Source of the DNA: a virus
DNA length: 64,000 bases
Direction: 5' to 3' (one strand)
IMG/VR virus record: IMGVR_UViG_3300028827_000129
Span: 106,084 to 170,083 of that record
Made by a program: the position numbers and the translations under genes
In this document: piece by piece, positions 28,250 through 38,998 of the stretch
Layout: each line of letters begins with the position of its first letter
Position numbering within the stretch: the first letter of the stretch is position 1
Notes under the pieces: model-generated
Told to the model about the DNA's origin: nothing
What the model saw: the letters and a program-made list of their open reading frames with translations, nothing else
Database searches by the model: none

Positions 28250-31036
28250 ATGGGCGTATATTCATGGGAACAGATTAAATTTTTTGAACGGCAAAGACCT
28301 ACTGATGATACATTTAATGGATGGAATGATGTTATAAAAGATGGGTTTGCAGCTATAGAAAGAGCTCTTGGTTCTATTAATGAAAATGGTGTAGTTACTG
28401 GCGGAGATTTAGTTTTTCTTAATCAATTTGCAAGCATTATAGGATCAATAGGCAATTTATCTTTAAAGTATCCTAAATATGGTGAACAGCCACAGACTAT
28501 TAGTTCCTGGCCATTAGTAGAAGGGGCTCAGGTCCATATACTCCCGTTATTCCCAGAAATTAATACATTAGCAAATGTTTCTGGTGCTGCTTTAGGTATA
28601 AGGAAGAATAGCTTACATGAACTTACTTCTGCTGGGGATTACTATATCTATGAAATGTCTTCAGAGATAGCCCCAGGAATTGGTTCTCGTGTTTTATATA
28701 CATATCAACCTGCGCAGGCAGGTGATGCTATCTCATTCACTGGACATACTTTACAATATGCAGACAATTTGGCAATAGGCCATACTCTAGTACCACAACC
28801 AGCGCAAGTAACAGCTGGGGAAGCTGTTATTTTTTCAGCGGCTACGTTAACAAGTGCTGGTAATGGTTATATAGCTACTTTACCTAAAATCACACATGAT
28901 TGGCTTGGGAATTTATTGCCATCTTACTTGCAATATTATCCTATTTTAGATCCGGACATTGTTTCACAGTGGGATGGTTCTGCGAGCATTGCTTTTCAAC
29001 AAGATACTGTGCAGATGTGGGATGTTGGTACGTCTCCATATGACTTGTCAGATCCTTCTAATATAGCTGCCATTTCTCCAGATATTCAATTTTATTATGA
29101 AGGCACGGATGTAAATGGTGCCCCAAAGATTGGTATAGTAATTCCACAGAATGTTACATTTGACGACACAAAGGGTTACATTATAGCATTTTCAAATAAT
29201 AGCACTAATAGGAATATTGGGGACATTAGAGAAAAACTATTTAATCATAAGCATGACGGTAAGGATTATGGCAGTATAATTTCTCATACAGATTTAAAAG
29301 ATAATGTTACTTCCGGCGATTATTTAGATGGTTCTGGGTCGCGGAAGTCGACTATTATTTATGGCCATTCAATAATCCCTAACCATGCTCATACAATGTA
29401 TCTTGTAAGAGAGGGATATACGCCTAATGATCCTGGTACACATAACAATTCAATGATTGGGGATCTTGTTATAGCGTCAACCTCATTAAGTTCTAATTTT
29501 TTCCAAAATCTTTCTGCCAATTCCAATAAATTGATTTTTGGAGAATGGGCTACAGGGCCTGCCATCTATTTTGCTTTCCAGGGAGATGGAATTGGTATTG
29601 AACCATGGGCTACTGATGGGTTTTTAAATATCACTAATAAAGATATGGCCATAAGTGGTGAGACTCCTAATTTACTGTTTAATAAGACAGGTCCACAGTC
29701 TCCACCAGCTGGCGATGGTCCCGTTGTTTGGCGTTTAGGATTTGAATCAGGTAGCCGTGATTTCCTTATCGAACCCGAGGACTTCAATACATATTTGCGA
29801 ATAAGAGGCACCGATAACTCTACAAAGGTTTCTATTGATACTTCTACTGGCAATATTGTTGTTAGCGGCTCTATTACACAACAAGATGCTGGAGGGATGA
29901 GTAGGTTTGCTGCTAAGAGTTTATTCTCTCCTATTCTTACCCAGGATCCTGCAGCGCCAGTTGATGTTGTAAATACGATAGACAAAGAAGGGTTAAGGGT
30001 AAGGAGATATGCATCTGATATCCATTTAGATATTTATGGTAAACTTGAAGCTGACAAGTATTTCATCTCATTTAACGCATCTAACGCGTCGACATCTTCT
30101 GGTATGACGTTTTCTGTAAATGATTTTACAGCATTTAGAGTTGTTTTAAATGGTACTGGCTCTGAAGCCAATGTTGAGTTTCTAACAAGGGCAAAATTTT
30201 TAGACGACTTAACAACTCCATTCATACGTCATCCTGATTATGATCAAACTTATATTAAGTTTGATCAAGACACTAATGGTAACCGTGATATAGAAACTTA
30301 TTCTCAGTTATATGGCCCAGGGATTAAACATAGTGGTTCTCGTATATATGTCGGCAGTAGCCAAGTTTTGCCATATATTTGGGATGAAAACTATGATACT
30401 TATCGTATCCTTGGCCCTGGGGCTGATAATGTACCTATTAATAACGGGGCTAGGAACGCGAATCTTAATGCTGATATGTTAGACGATTTACATTCTTATG
30501 ATTTTGCTTGGTATGAATGGAATATTAATAACGCTAAAGTGTCATATACGCAGTTTGATGAAAGTCAGTATTCATATGTCGGTAATCTGGTATTTTTAGT
30601 AACTGTAGACGCATATTCTAATATTATTAAAACCGAGTTAGGCAGTCTTTCTTGGAATGGCCCAGTTGATGGGTTTAATTTAGAGACTTCATCATCTGGT
30701 ACGTGCACTGACGGCTTTAATTCAAATTATTCATGGAATTTTAGTGGAATACCCGTAGATACGGTGTCTATTTTAGTAAGGCAGGTTAGTTTTTCATATA
30801 AAACAACTACCAATGAGTACCATTCTTTAACTAATGTTAGAGTTACTACTGGTCCATTTTGGAATAATCTTAATAAAGGAACAGAACAATTTACTGATTA
30901 TTTACTAGCAACAGGTCATAGTAAGTTTTTATTGTATTTTGATAGTTATTTTGAACATTATAATTCTGGGTTAAATAATTTACCGTGGGCAGTAGAACTT
31001 CAATTCAAGGTTCTTAGGCATGGTAGGGCGATATAA
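28250..31036 (+). CDS. Tail fibre-like protein
   Basis: HKHDG and HAHTMYL His motifs and an NLNADMLDDLHS fibre motif. Confidence 0.55.
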   Translation: MGVYSWEQIKFFERQRPTDDTFNGWNDVIKDGFAAIERALGSINENGVVTGGDLVFLNQFASIIGSIGNLSLKYPKYGEQPQTISSWPLVEGAQVHILPLFPEINTLANVSGAALGIRKNSLHELTSAGDYYIYEMSSEIAPGIGSRVLYTYQPAQAGDAISFTGHTLQYADNLAIGHTLVPQPAQVTAGEAVIFSAATLTSAGNGYIATLPKITHDWLGNLLPSYLQYYPILDPDIVSQWDGSASIAFQQDTVQMWDVGTSPYDLSDPSNIAAISPDIQFYYEGTDVNGAPKIGIVIPQNVTFDDTKGYIIAFSNNSTNRNIGDIREKLFNHKHDGKDYGSIISHTDLKDNVTSGDYLDGSGSRKSTIIYGHSIIPNHAHTMYLVREGYTPNDPGTHNNSMIGDLVIASTSLSSNFFQNLSANSNKLIFGEWATGPAIYFAFQGDGIGIEPWATDGFLNITNKDMAISGETPNLLFNKTGPQSPPAGDGPVVWRLGFESGSRDFLIEPEDFNTYLRIRGTDNSTKVSIDTSTGNIVVSGSITQQDAGGMSRFAAKSLFSPILTQDPAAPVDVVNTIDKEGLRVRRYASDIHLDIYGKLEADKYFISFNASNASTSSGMTFSVNDFTAFRVVLNGTGSEANVEFLTRAKFLDDLTTPFIRHPDYDQTYIKFDQDTNGNRDIETYSQLYGPGIKHSGSRIYVGSSQVLPYIWDENYDTYRILGPGADNVPINNGARNANLNADMLDDLHSYDFAWYEWNINNAKVSYTQFDESQYSYVGNLVFLVTVDAYSNIIKTELGSLSWNGPVDGFNLETSSSGTCTDGFNSNYSWNFSGIPVDTVSILVRQVSFSYKTTTNEYHSLTNVRVTTGPFWNNLNKGTEQFTDYLLATGHSKFLLYFDSYFEHYNSGLNNLPWAVELQFKVLRHGRAI

Positions 31037-31066
31037 AAGGCTTTTATGCTGTAGTAGGTTTAAAGT

Positions 31067-33688
31067 ATGAAACAGCTATCTTTAACATGTACAGTAAACA
31101 TTACGGGATGTCCAGTTGTTTTACATTATCATGCGAGATTTTTTATTTCGCCGCAGTATAATACTTTTGCTTTTAAGCAGGAAGTGGCTGATGAGATCCC
31201 ATTATATTTTGTTAATACACCTAAATTAACTGCTAAAGACAATCTCTATATAGATGACAGGTCTGCTGATATTCCGGCTAATTTAAATTATGCAAATAGC
31301 TTTACAACAACATTAAAAACATTTAATGTACAAAACAAAAGAGTATTAATTACTAATCAATTTAAAAACGGTAACGCATTATATTACTTTCATCAGTTGC
31401 CACCTGATGTAAGTGGTGTTTATATAGAAGATAGTAATGGAACCCCTGTTAATGTACAAGATTATAAAGTACATGGTGATAAATTATATAATAATTTATC
31501 TTTTACTAACAATATTAGATATTTTGTTGGGTATATTAAACAAGATGGGACGAAAGAGAAGAAGTTATTAAATAATTGGCCAGTTTTTGTCCCCCAAGTG
31601 CTATATGCACTTGGTTTTGGCGATCAATTTTTTGTTATTGGTGATACGCTTTCTAATGGAGAAGTAGAAATTAGAACAAGTACTCCGGCTGGTACTAGGC
31701 TGGAAGTAAAGTATTCAGATAGAACTGAAATATTTTTAGATAAAGTAATTGGCGGTTCGGATTCTGACTCATGGAAAGTCAGAGTTATGGATGGGGTCTT
31801 TGAGCACAATGGTGAAGTATATAGTATCCCAGAATATACTAAACAAGATTCGTTCTTTCCTATTGCCCCATTTGTTTATAGGACACATGTAAAAGTTGAT
31901 ATTTTGTCCGATACAATGATAAAACTTCCTGAATCTTTTGTGATTGATTTGTCACAAGCATTAATTGTTACACTATATGTTTATAATAATAAGAATCAAT
32001 TAAAATATATTATTACGCAAGATTCAAGTACAATTACAACTGATGCCGCCGTTTACGAAAAGACATTCTGGTCATATTCAGAATATGAAGGGATAATAGA
32101 CATTAAATCTAGTACAGATGAAACAGATATTTATTTCAGTCTTGACGATAATATATATGCATATTACTATACAATTGAAGATGGCTTTATTGTCTCAGAT
32201 TTGGAATTTAATCCCATTTTAAATAAGGCTATAAGGGATATTGAGTTTGTAGGTTTTGTCATTTTATCTGACGACTTTAGGGCTAGATTTTCTCCGACAA
32301 TAGAAGCTTCTGTCCAGTATTTGTTTGTTAATTCATTTAATAAAATTATGGATTTTTCTCTTGGACTTGCTCAGCATAGTGGAAAAGATTGGCAATCTGG
32401 CCAGAATTATTTAAAAGATTTATTAATTAGATATAATAATGAAGTATATATTTGTAATGTAGATCACTTATCAGATGTATCAAATGCACCTGGGGTTAGT
32501 TCTGAATGGACTGTTGTTAATTCTTTTAACCAATTTGTTGATAATTACTGCATACAGCCTTCTTATGCAGAAGTGAAGAATGAAAATCTTGGCTCTGGTG
32601 GGGTTGCTGGGCTGCAAATTATATCGTTGTCTAATGTCCCTGCGAAGGAAAAGCCAGTGTTTTTTTCAAACACAGATATTTTTTATAAAGAAGTGGCCTA
32701 TAATCCCAATAGAATTCTAGGCCAAGGTGAATATTCAATTGATTATAGCACAGGGAATATCTATACATATACTACAGCAGATAACGTTGACCTTGGCTCG
32801 GTTTCCTATTCATACAAAACGTCACAAAGTTTGAGTCATTTTTATGTAGGCTCTGTTTATGTAAATGCAAATGTTGATTATAAAAATTTAGATTTTATAG
32901 ATGCCAGATCTATAGGCGGTTCTATTAAAGACGATGTAGCTAGATCGATAGTTGATAGTGGTTATTGTATTTTCGATAAAACTGGGTTTGCTGGGGATAT
33001 ATTACCTGGTAAATCAGGAATATTAATTGAGGTTCCAAGTAGAGTCTTTAAGCCACATGGCGGGCCTTTTGATGTAAGGGAACTCAATCATTTAATTAAA
33101 AAACATACCGCACTAGGCGTTTTAAGTTATGGCAAGATTTATGATATTGATTTAAATTTAACTGATGCATCTTTTGTTAAGGTTAATGACAATATGTATG
33201 CCATTTATTTAAGTTGGGTTCAACCAGTTTCTGCAGATTATACAATATCTTTTATTATTGATAACAATAGCTATACAAAAAATATACAGGGGCCATCTGA
33301 CGGTTGCACTATTTTAGTTAGTTCACAGGGTATATATGACGACATAAATATGACTTTATTTGTGGATGGTTATAAAGATTATTCAGGGGCAATCAATTCA
33401 TTGTCACTAAAACTTGATAATAAAGTTTCTTATTCTTATGAATATTATTATGATCACCCATCTTATCCTGGGCTTTTTGTTGAAAGAACAATCATTGGTA
33501 GCAAATCTAGTTTTAACGTTTTAGATGTTAAACAGGGCGATAAAGGATATAGAGTTAATGGATCTGCATATTATGTTGTAGAAGCACAGAATGACGGCCT
33601 TAGTGATGATGGCGGCCCTGCTTTAAGTTATCCATCTGTAATTACATCAGATGCTAAAATTCATTTTAGGGATTGGTCTCCGTTATGA
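31067..33688 (+). CDS. Baseplate/virion structural protein with an inserted CBM5/12-like module
   Basis: FIDARSIGG...LPG..GILIEVP...KKHTALG C-terminal motif; internal WQSGQNY..D.LIRYNNEVYIC..DH.S...PG...W. Confidence 0.5.
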   Translation: MKQLSLTCTVNITGCPVVLHYHARFFISPQYNTFAFKQEVADEIPLYFVNTPKLTAKDNLYIDDRSADIPANLNYANSFTTTLKTFNVQNKRVLITNQFKNGNALYYFHQLPPDVSGVYIEDSNGTPVNVQDYKVHGDKLYNNLSFTNNIRYFVGYIKQDGTKEKKLLNNWPVFVPQVLYALGFGDQFFVIGDTLSNGEVEIRTSTPAGTRLEVKYSDRTEIFLDKVIGGSDSDSWKVRVMDGVFEHNGEVYSIPEYTKQDSFFPIAPFVYRTHVKVDILSDTMIKLPESFVIDLSQALIVTLYVYNNKNQLKYIITQDSSTITTDAAVYEKTFWSYSEYEGIIDIKSSTDETDIYFSLDDNIYAYYYTIEDGFIVSDLEFNPILNKAIRDIEFVGFVILSDDFRARFSPTIEASVQYLFVNSFNKIMDFSLGLAQHSGKDWQSGQNYLKDLLIRYNNEVYICNVDHLSDVSNAPGVSSEWTVVNSFNQFVDNYCIQPSYAEVKNENLGSGGVAGLQIISLSNVPAKEKPVFFSNTDIFYKEVAYNPNRILGQGEYSIDYSTGNIYTYTTADNVDLGSVSYSYKTSQSLSHFYVGSVYVNANVDYKNLDFIDARSIGGSIKDDVARSIVDSGYCIFDKTGFAGDILPGKSGILIEVPSRVFKPHGGPFDVRELNHLIKKHTALGVLSYGKIYDIDLNLTDASFVKVNDNMYAIYLSWVQPVSADYTISFIIDNNSYTKNIQGPSDGCTILVSSQGIYDDINMTLFVDGYKDYSGAINSLSLKLDNKVSYSYEYYYDHPSYPGLFVERTIIGSKSSFNVLDVKQGDKGYRVNGSAYYVVEAQNDGLSDDGGPALSYPSVITSDAKIHFRDWSPL

Positions 33689-34152
33689 TTAGTTTATTTA
33701 TTAGTGATCCTTCTACTTCAGATAAAAAGTTGCTTACTAATATATTTTTTGGAGAAATATCTCCAGTACAAGGAGGTAATATTTCTGTCGAGAAGGAGAT
33801 TGAAATTGTTGCATTTGAACAAGATGCGCTGGGCGGCATTAAAGAAGCTAGAGAAATTAGATTTTATACAGATTATAGTAGGTTTATGAAAGTTTCTTAT
33901 GGCGTTGAAGTCAACCAAGATTACAGAAATGGCTATGCTTCTTCGTGGCAACCTTTAGATCATTTTAGTGGTTCTTATAAAGATAATGCTATTTTGTTGA
34001 GTAGAGACAGTGGGGTTGATGGACAGTTATCATCCGATGGCGTTATGAAAGCAGGTGAAAAGGCTAGGATAAAATTCAGAGTAAAAATCCCAATTAGATC
34101 AGATATTAATAAAGTCTTAGAAGAGTTTAAGATCTACTTTATTTACGAGTAA
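33685..34152 (+). CDS. Hypothetical structural protein
   Basis: ATG at 33685 overlaps the upstream TGA (ATGA coupling) and is preferred to the TTG at 33673. Confidence 0.5.
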   Translation: MISLFISDPSTSDKKLLTNIFFGEISPVQGGNISVEKEIEIVAFEQDALGGIKEAREIRFYTDYSRFMKVSYGVEVNQDYRNGYASSWQPLDHFSGSYKDNAILLSRDSGVDGQLSSDGVMKAGEKARIKFRVKIPIRSDINKVLEEFKIYFIYE

Positions 34153-34158
34153 GCTAAT

Positions 34159-35802
34159 ATGAATAAATATATAGAAACATGGTCAGACTCTTATAGTGCA
34201 GCACAAGCAGAGTGGATTATTAGCCAGTACAAGGGTTCTAATATTAATAAAAGCGATATACTTGATTTATTAAATGCCCCTATATTGTCTAAGTCTTTAT
34301 TAGACATGTATAATGTTTCTTCAAACGATGTGATGTTTTCATTTGATTATAATACCATCGTAAATGCATTTGCCCTTGATCTAAAGACTATTGTTGAAGG
34401 TTATGCTCAGCGTTTAGATGATATAAAAAAGCATGAAAACATTAATAATGAAACGTTTATAGCAGAACTTAACGGCATTTTAGATGAATTAGAGCAGAAA
34501 GTAGAGATGCTAGAAAGTTCTGCTGGTTTTGACGGTAGTAATTATACGATCTCTAATAATTTTGACAACATTTCTGCTAGAGCTAGCAATAGTGAAGTCT
34601 TAGCAAAATCATTATATCTAGATCACAGGAATAATAATAAATCTTTATTAGGAGCAGAGTGCACAATAGATACATCAAGAAAAGTTTTAACTTTGCCTTA
34701 TAAAAACAGATATCTGCATAGTGCTGATGCTGTTTTTGATGCCATTGAGCCAAAGCCAGATATTGGCACTAATAGTTATCAGTTGGGGAAATATAATGTA
34801 AAAGAATTTATATACAGTTATGAAAATTTAGATCATGCTACTATCGCTATAGATATTAACTTGAATCAGAGTGCTTTTATTAGCGCGATACGTATAGATA
34901 CAATAGGCGGTAATAAGGTTGTTATTGAAAATGTAAAAGCTACTATTTTAGAGGATGGCAATGAAGTAGAACAAGATGTAACATTTGACATTAAGCAGCA
35001 TAATGTTACTGGCGAGATTTTTATATCTTTTGACCGTATAAAAGCAAGCTTTTTGAAGTTTAGGGTTAAATGCTATAACCCAATAAAGACAGAAATTGGC
35101 AGTAGTGTTGGTTATATGTATAAGTTTGGAATAGGAGACATTGAACTACTTCATGATACTTATTATTTGGATGGATATTTTATATCGCAACCTATAGAAG
35201 TTAACAATGTTTCTTCTATATCTTTAGATGTTTTAGGTGAAAGCTTTGGCGCTTATGGTTCTATAGAGTATCTAATATATAAGTACGATTTTAATATTGT
35301 TAATAACGAATTTATTGGTAGGTTTGTTTACCCTATTATCCCAATTGGACAGGAGAAAATTAACAATGAGCGATTATTGTTTACAGAGAAAGATACACAA
35401 CTTTATAACACTATCGGCTATTTGCGGTTTTTTGGGCATTGCGGCATTAGCATATCAGATATATCTATATATCAAAATAGTTCTGCTTTAGTTACTTTGG
35501 ATATATATAATGTTGTTAAGAATATTGATGAGGAGGGCCAGACAAAGATTTCATTCAGTAGCGTTATTCCAGGAGCGATATATACGGTTGATTATATTCC
35601 TGCTCATAAAGTCAAGGCAGATGGGCTGGTTAAAATAGATGATATAGCATCTTACCGTAATGATAATAATATTATATTCAAACAATACGATTATGGAGTT
35701 AAAAGCATAATATATTTAGGTATCGTGATGCGAACTTCAGATCAACATTTTACTCCTACACTTTCTAGGTACAACTTGAAGGTCAGTAGCTATGACAAGT
35801 AA
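34159..35802 (+). CDS. Virion structural protein (coiled coil + jelly-roll domain), paralogue A
   Basis: Coiled coil, then NNFD...IDT...LTLP, YKFGIGDIEL and C-terminal TPTLSRYNLKV. Confidence 0.5.
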   Translation: MNKYIETWSDSYSAAQAEWIISQYKGSNINKSDILDLLNAPILSKSLLDMYNVSSNDVMFSFDYNTIVNAFALDLKTIVEGYAQRLDDIKKHENINNETFIAELNGILDELEQKVEMLESSAGFDGSNYTISNNFDNISARASNSEVLAKSLYLDHRNNNKSLLGAECTIDTSRKVLTLPYKNRYLHSADAVFDAIEPKPDIGTNSYQLGKYNVKEFIYSYENLDHATIAIDINLNQSAFISAIRIDTIGGNKVVIENVKATILEDGNEVEQDVTFDIKQHNVTGEIFISFDRIKASFLKFRVKCYNPIKTEIGSSVGYMYKFGIGDIELLHDTYYLDGYFISQPIEVNNVSSISLDVLGESFGAYGSIEYLIYKYDFNIVNNEFIGRFVYPIIPIGQEKINNERLLFTEKDTQLYNTIGYLRFFGHCGISISDISIYQNSSALVTLDIYNVVKNIDEEGQTKISFSSVIPGAIYTVDYIPAHKVKADGLVKIDDIASYRNDNNIIFKQYDYGVKSIIYLGIVMRTSDQHFTPTLSRYNLKVSSYDK

Positions 35803-38800
35803 TAAAATTTCTGATTTTTTTGACTCAATCCTAAGCAAATATAATTACGACACAGAATCGCAGTCTACTATCGACATTTTACGTAAAATGTCGGATGGAG
35901 GAGGTATTGTTGGCGCTTATGTACATAGCGTCGATGATACTTTTTTAAATTTACCAGAATACGTCGTTATGCCTTTGAAAAAGAGTACGGAAAGACTGGC
36001 CTTTGTCAAAGAGCTTTTAGATGCCTTGACTTTATATGAGATATCTAATTATAACTATTATTTGGCTGAGTTTAATAGGTTTAAAAATGAATTGCAAGAT
36101 TTGAATGCTAAAATCAAATCAGCAATATTGTACGCCAATACATATAGATTTTATGTTATAGCTAAAGATTTGTTAAATTCTACATCATTAATAGATTGGG
36201 CGATTACTACAACAAATGTTGATACTTTAGGGCAGAGGGCTACTTTGCCGATCCAAGGTGACGAGAAGATAGATGTTGATTCGATTACTATTGGAGGCAT
36301 TTCCAATGGATCGCCAGGGAGTAGTCTTATCACAAATGGTTATAAAGCAAATGACGTCCAGGCGTTAGTAGATAATACACCTGATACTTGGTTTGAATAT
36401 GAAAGAATTTCTACTAAGCCTGTGGTAGATAGCCTGTATTTGGAGGTTTTAATAAAACTTAACGGGCCACAAATTATTAATTTCGTAGAAATTTTACCAA
36501 GCAATATCAGTATCTTTGGCAGTGTCGTTCTGAAAGAAGTCAGTGTTTCTTATGATGGCAATAAGTTTTATAATGTTTTGCCAGAAGAGAAGGCGGAAAG
36601 CGGCTACGAAATTACGACATCACTTTATAATAATACTGGCGACTTTAGTTTTATATTTTTCCCATATAAGGCTAACTACATCAAATTAATATTTGAACAA
36701 ACACACTCATATTTTGTAGAGCTTAATCCTAATGAATGGGTTTATCGTCAAGCCATAGGAATCCGCGATATTAACATAGCTGGGATACGCTACGAAAGCA
36801 AAGGAGTTTTTGCTTCAGTAGACCATAATTTCGATAATAAAGTTTCACAGTTGGCTGTTTTAGCTACAACTGACTTAACTGGTGGCAGTAAAGACGTTGT
36901 TAAGTTTAAACACTTTATTTCGCCAACTTCTGGTAACGAGTATTATGAAGTGTCGCCGATAGATATGTCTTCTCAAGACATAAAGGAAGTGGTAAAATTT
37001 AATACTCTCGAAGACGACTCTATTAAAACCATTAGTGATGTTACTAAGATTAAATATAAATTAGAAATGACGGTAGATCGTGAGGCTTTTTCAAATGCGT
37101 TAACTCCATTTAAGGCATTTGAAAACACATATAATCAAGATGTGTTTTTTGCTACGATACCACCTAATAATATAGAGCTTTCTCATATTCCTTCTCCCGG
37201 AACAGTTGAAGTTTATAATCCAAAATATGCAGCAGTTGGGAAAAGAGATGGTTTGTATTATTTAGGTACGTCAAATGGGAAAGCTAATCAAGTATTTGAG
37301 TATGATTTAGACATTGAACCGCTAAGCGAAGAGGTGTATATAGATAATAAAAGATGGAGAAGAGGAAGATTTAAGGATGCTTCTCCGATAGCCAGAGTTT
37401 ATTCTATTGATTATATTAATAAAAAAGTGTATTTTGGAGATGATAATAGTGGCGCTATCCCAGTGCAAGGTTCTGATATTTTTATCCGTCTTAAAGCAGA
37501 AAGGCCTATTGTTACAAATCTAGATCCATTGAGAATAAAAACAAAATATAAAACAAATGGAGATAAATCTTCTGTAGAAATCAACCAACTATACAATACT
37601 GAGCAACATATCCAGCTTTTGCCTAAAAATAAACAGGTAATAAAACTTGAAAAAGATAAATTGCAGTTATATACAGAATATACTGGCATTTGGGAAATTA
37701 AATGGGAATGGAGTGTTTACGATGGGGACACCTTAGAATCTGAAAATACGACTAGGTATGTTTTAATTTCATCTAAATACTTTGAGGATCAGTTGCTGTG
37801 GATGCAAACCCCGACCAGTAATGGTACGTTGCGAGACGCAACTTCTATAACAGTAAAAGCTACGCCTATAGACTTCCAGACGGAGGTTGTGTTGACGCCA
37901 CATAAATATAGTACTGGCGTTTATTATGTTTCTTTAAGAGAGGCTACAGGAGCTAAGGGTGTCGAGATAGGCGGAGAAGGCTCATATCATGCTATTAATG
38001 AGGTTCCATTTATAGATGGGTTTTCGGAATTTAGTGTACCAGGAGATTTTTCTGTAGATTACAATAGCGGATATATGTACTTCAATTCCAATACGCCATC
38101 TGACAAAGATATTACAGCGACTTATTTTTATAAGGATGTGGCAAGATTAGCGGATAGTCAGTGGGATTATTATATGGGGAAGAAAGATGAAATACAGATT
38201 AAGCCGGGGGTTGCATTAGTAAGAAAATTAACGGAGAAATTAACAGAATCCAGTACAAATCAAAAAGTATTTATACTTGAAAATGAAGCGATTATAAGAG
38301 GTACAGCTAAACTTAACTCTTCTGTTTTTAAATATGAAGTCGATTTTATAGATGGATCTACAGAATTTTTAAACAAAGTCCAGGTTAAAGATGTGGTCAA
38401 TAATAGCGACGCAGGCAATGTTAAATTAACTAATGATAATATCTATGCTTTTATTTTATCTAATAAAATTGATACAACTCAAAAATATTCGTTCTTTAAT
38501 ACTGGCAACACGTATAATGTAGAAGTTAATAGCATTGACGATGTTATAAACGACAGCAATGGGACAGCGTTTTATGTTGCAGAAAATGATGCTGCCTTTG
38601 ATAATAGAAGTGTTATATATAGCAGCACTAGACCTTCAGACGAAGGTTATATCATGTATGTCACTTCCAGAAATATAGAAGATAATGCCTATTCGATAGA
38701 TTACGATTTGGGGGTATTGTATACTAATAGCAGTAATGTAGAAGCTAATTTACTTATTACTTACGAATACCTAGATTTAGAAATTAAATATTATGTAAGA

Positions 38801-38998
38801 AAAGACATAGATACAGATTCGTGGAAACTTAGTAATAATAATTTAACTTTAAATATAAAAAGCGGCTTATATCCATCTAGTGGTGGTGTGGTGCGTGTAT
38901 CATATGTTTTTGATAACGAAAAGGAACAAAATATGAGCGAGTTGGTTGATTATTATACGCCTGCTCTTAAGGGGTATGAAATTAGGGTGGTATCATGA
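35792..38998 (+). CDS. Virion structural protein, paralogue B, with wedge-like insertions
   Basis: TNVDT..QRATLP, IGIRDINI, LGTSNGKANQVF...YFGDD..GAIP, repeated YSIDY, C-terminal TPALKGYEIRV. Confidence 0.5.
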   Translation: MTSNKISDFFDSILSKYNYDTESQSTIDILRKMSDGGGIVGAYVHSVDDTFLNLPEYVVMPLKKSTERLAFVKELLDALTLYEISNYNYYLAEFNRFKNELQDLNAKIKSAILYANTYRFYVIAKDLLNSTSLIDWAITTTNVDTLGQRATLPIQGDEKIDVDSITIGGISNGSPGSSLITNGYKANDVQALVDNTPDTWFEYERISTKPVVDSLYLEVLIKLNGPQIINFVEILPSNISIFGSVVLKEVSVSYDGNKFYNVLPEEKAESGYEITTSLYNNTGDFSFIFFPYKANYIKLIFEQTHSYFVELNPNEWVYRQAIGIRDINIAGIRYESKGVFASVDHNFDNKVSQLAVLATTDLTGGSKDVVKFKHFISPTSGNEYYEVSPIDMSSQDIKEVVKFNTLEDDSIKTISDVTKIKYKLEMTVDREAFSNALTPFKAFENTYNQDVFFATIPPNNIELSHIPSPGTVEVYNPKYAAVGKRDGLYYLGTSNGKANQVFEYDLDIEPLSEEVYIDNKRWRRGRFKDASPIARVYSIDYINKKVYFGDDNSGAIPVQGSDIFIRLKAERPIVTNLDPLRIKTKYKTNGDKSSVEINQLYNTEQHIQLLPKNKQVIKLEKDKLQLYTEYTGIWEIKWEWSVYDGDTLESENTTRYVLISSKYFEDQLLWMQTPTSNGTLRDATSITVKATPIDFQTEVVLTPHKYSTGVYYVSLREATGAKGVEIGGEGSYHAINEVPFIDGFSEFSVPGDFSVDYNSGYMYFNSNTPSDKDITATYFYKDVARLADSQWDYYMGKKDEIQIKPGVALVRKLTEKLTESSTNQKVFILENEAIIRGTAKLNSSVFKYEVDFIDGSTEFLNKVQVKDVVNNSDAGNVKLTNDNIYAFILSNKIDTTQKYSFFNTGNTYNVEVNSIDDVINDSNGTAFYVAENDAAFDNRSVIYSSTRPSDEGYIMYVTSRNIEDNAYSIDYDLGVLYTNSSNVEANLLITYEYLDLEIKYYVRKDIDTDSWKLSNNNLTLNIKSGLYPSSGGVVRVSYVFDNEKEQNMSELVDYYTPALKGYEIRVVS

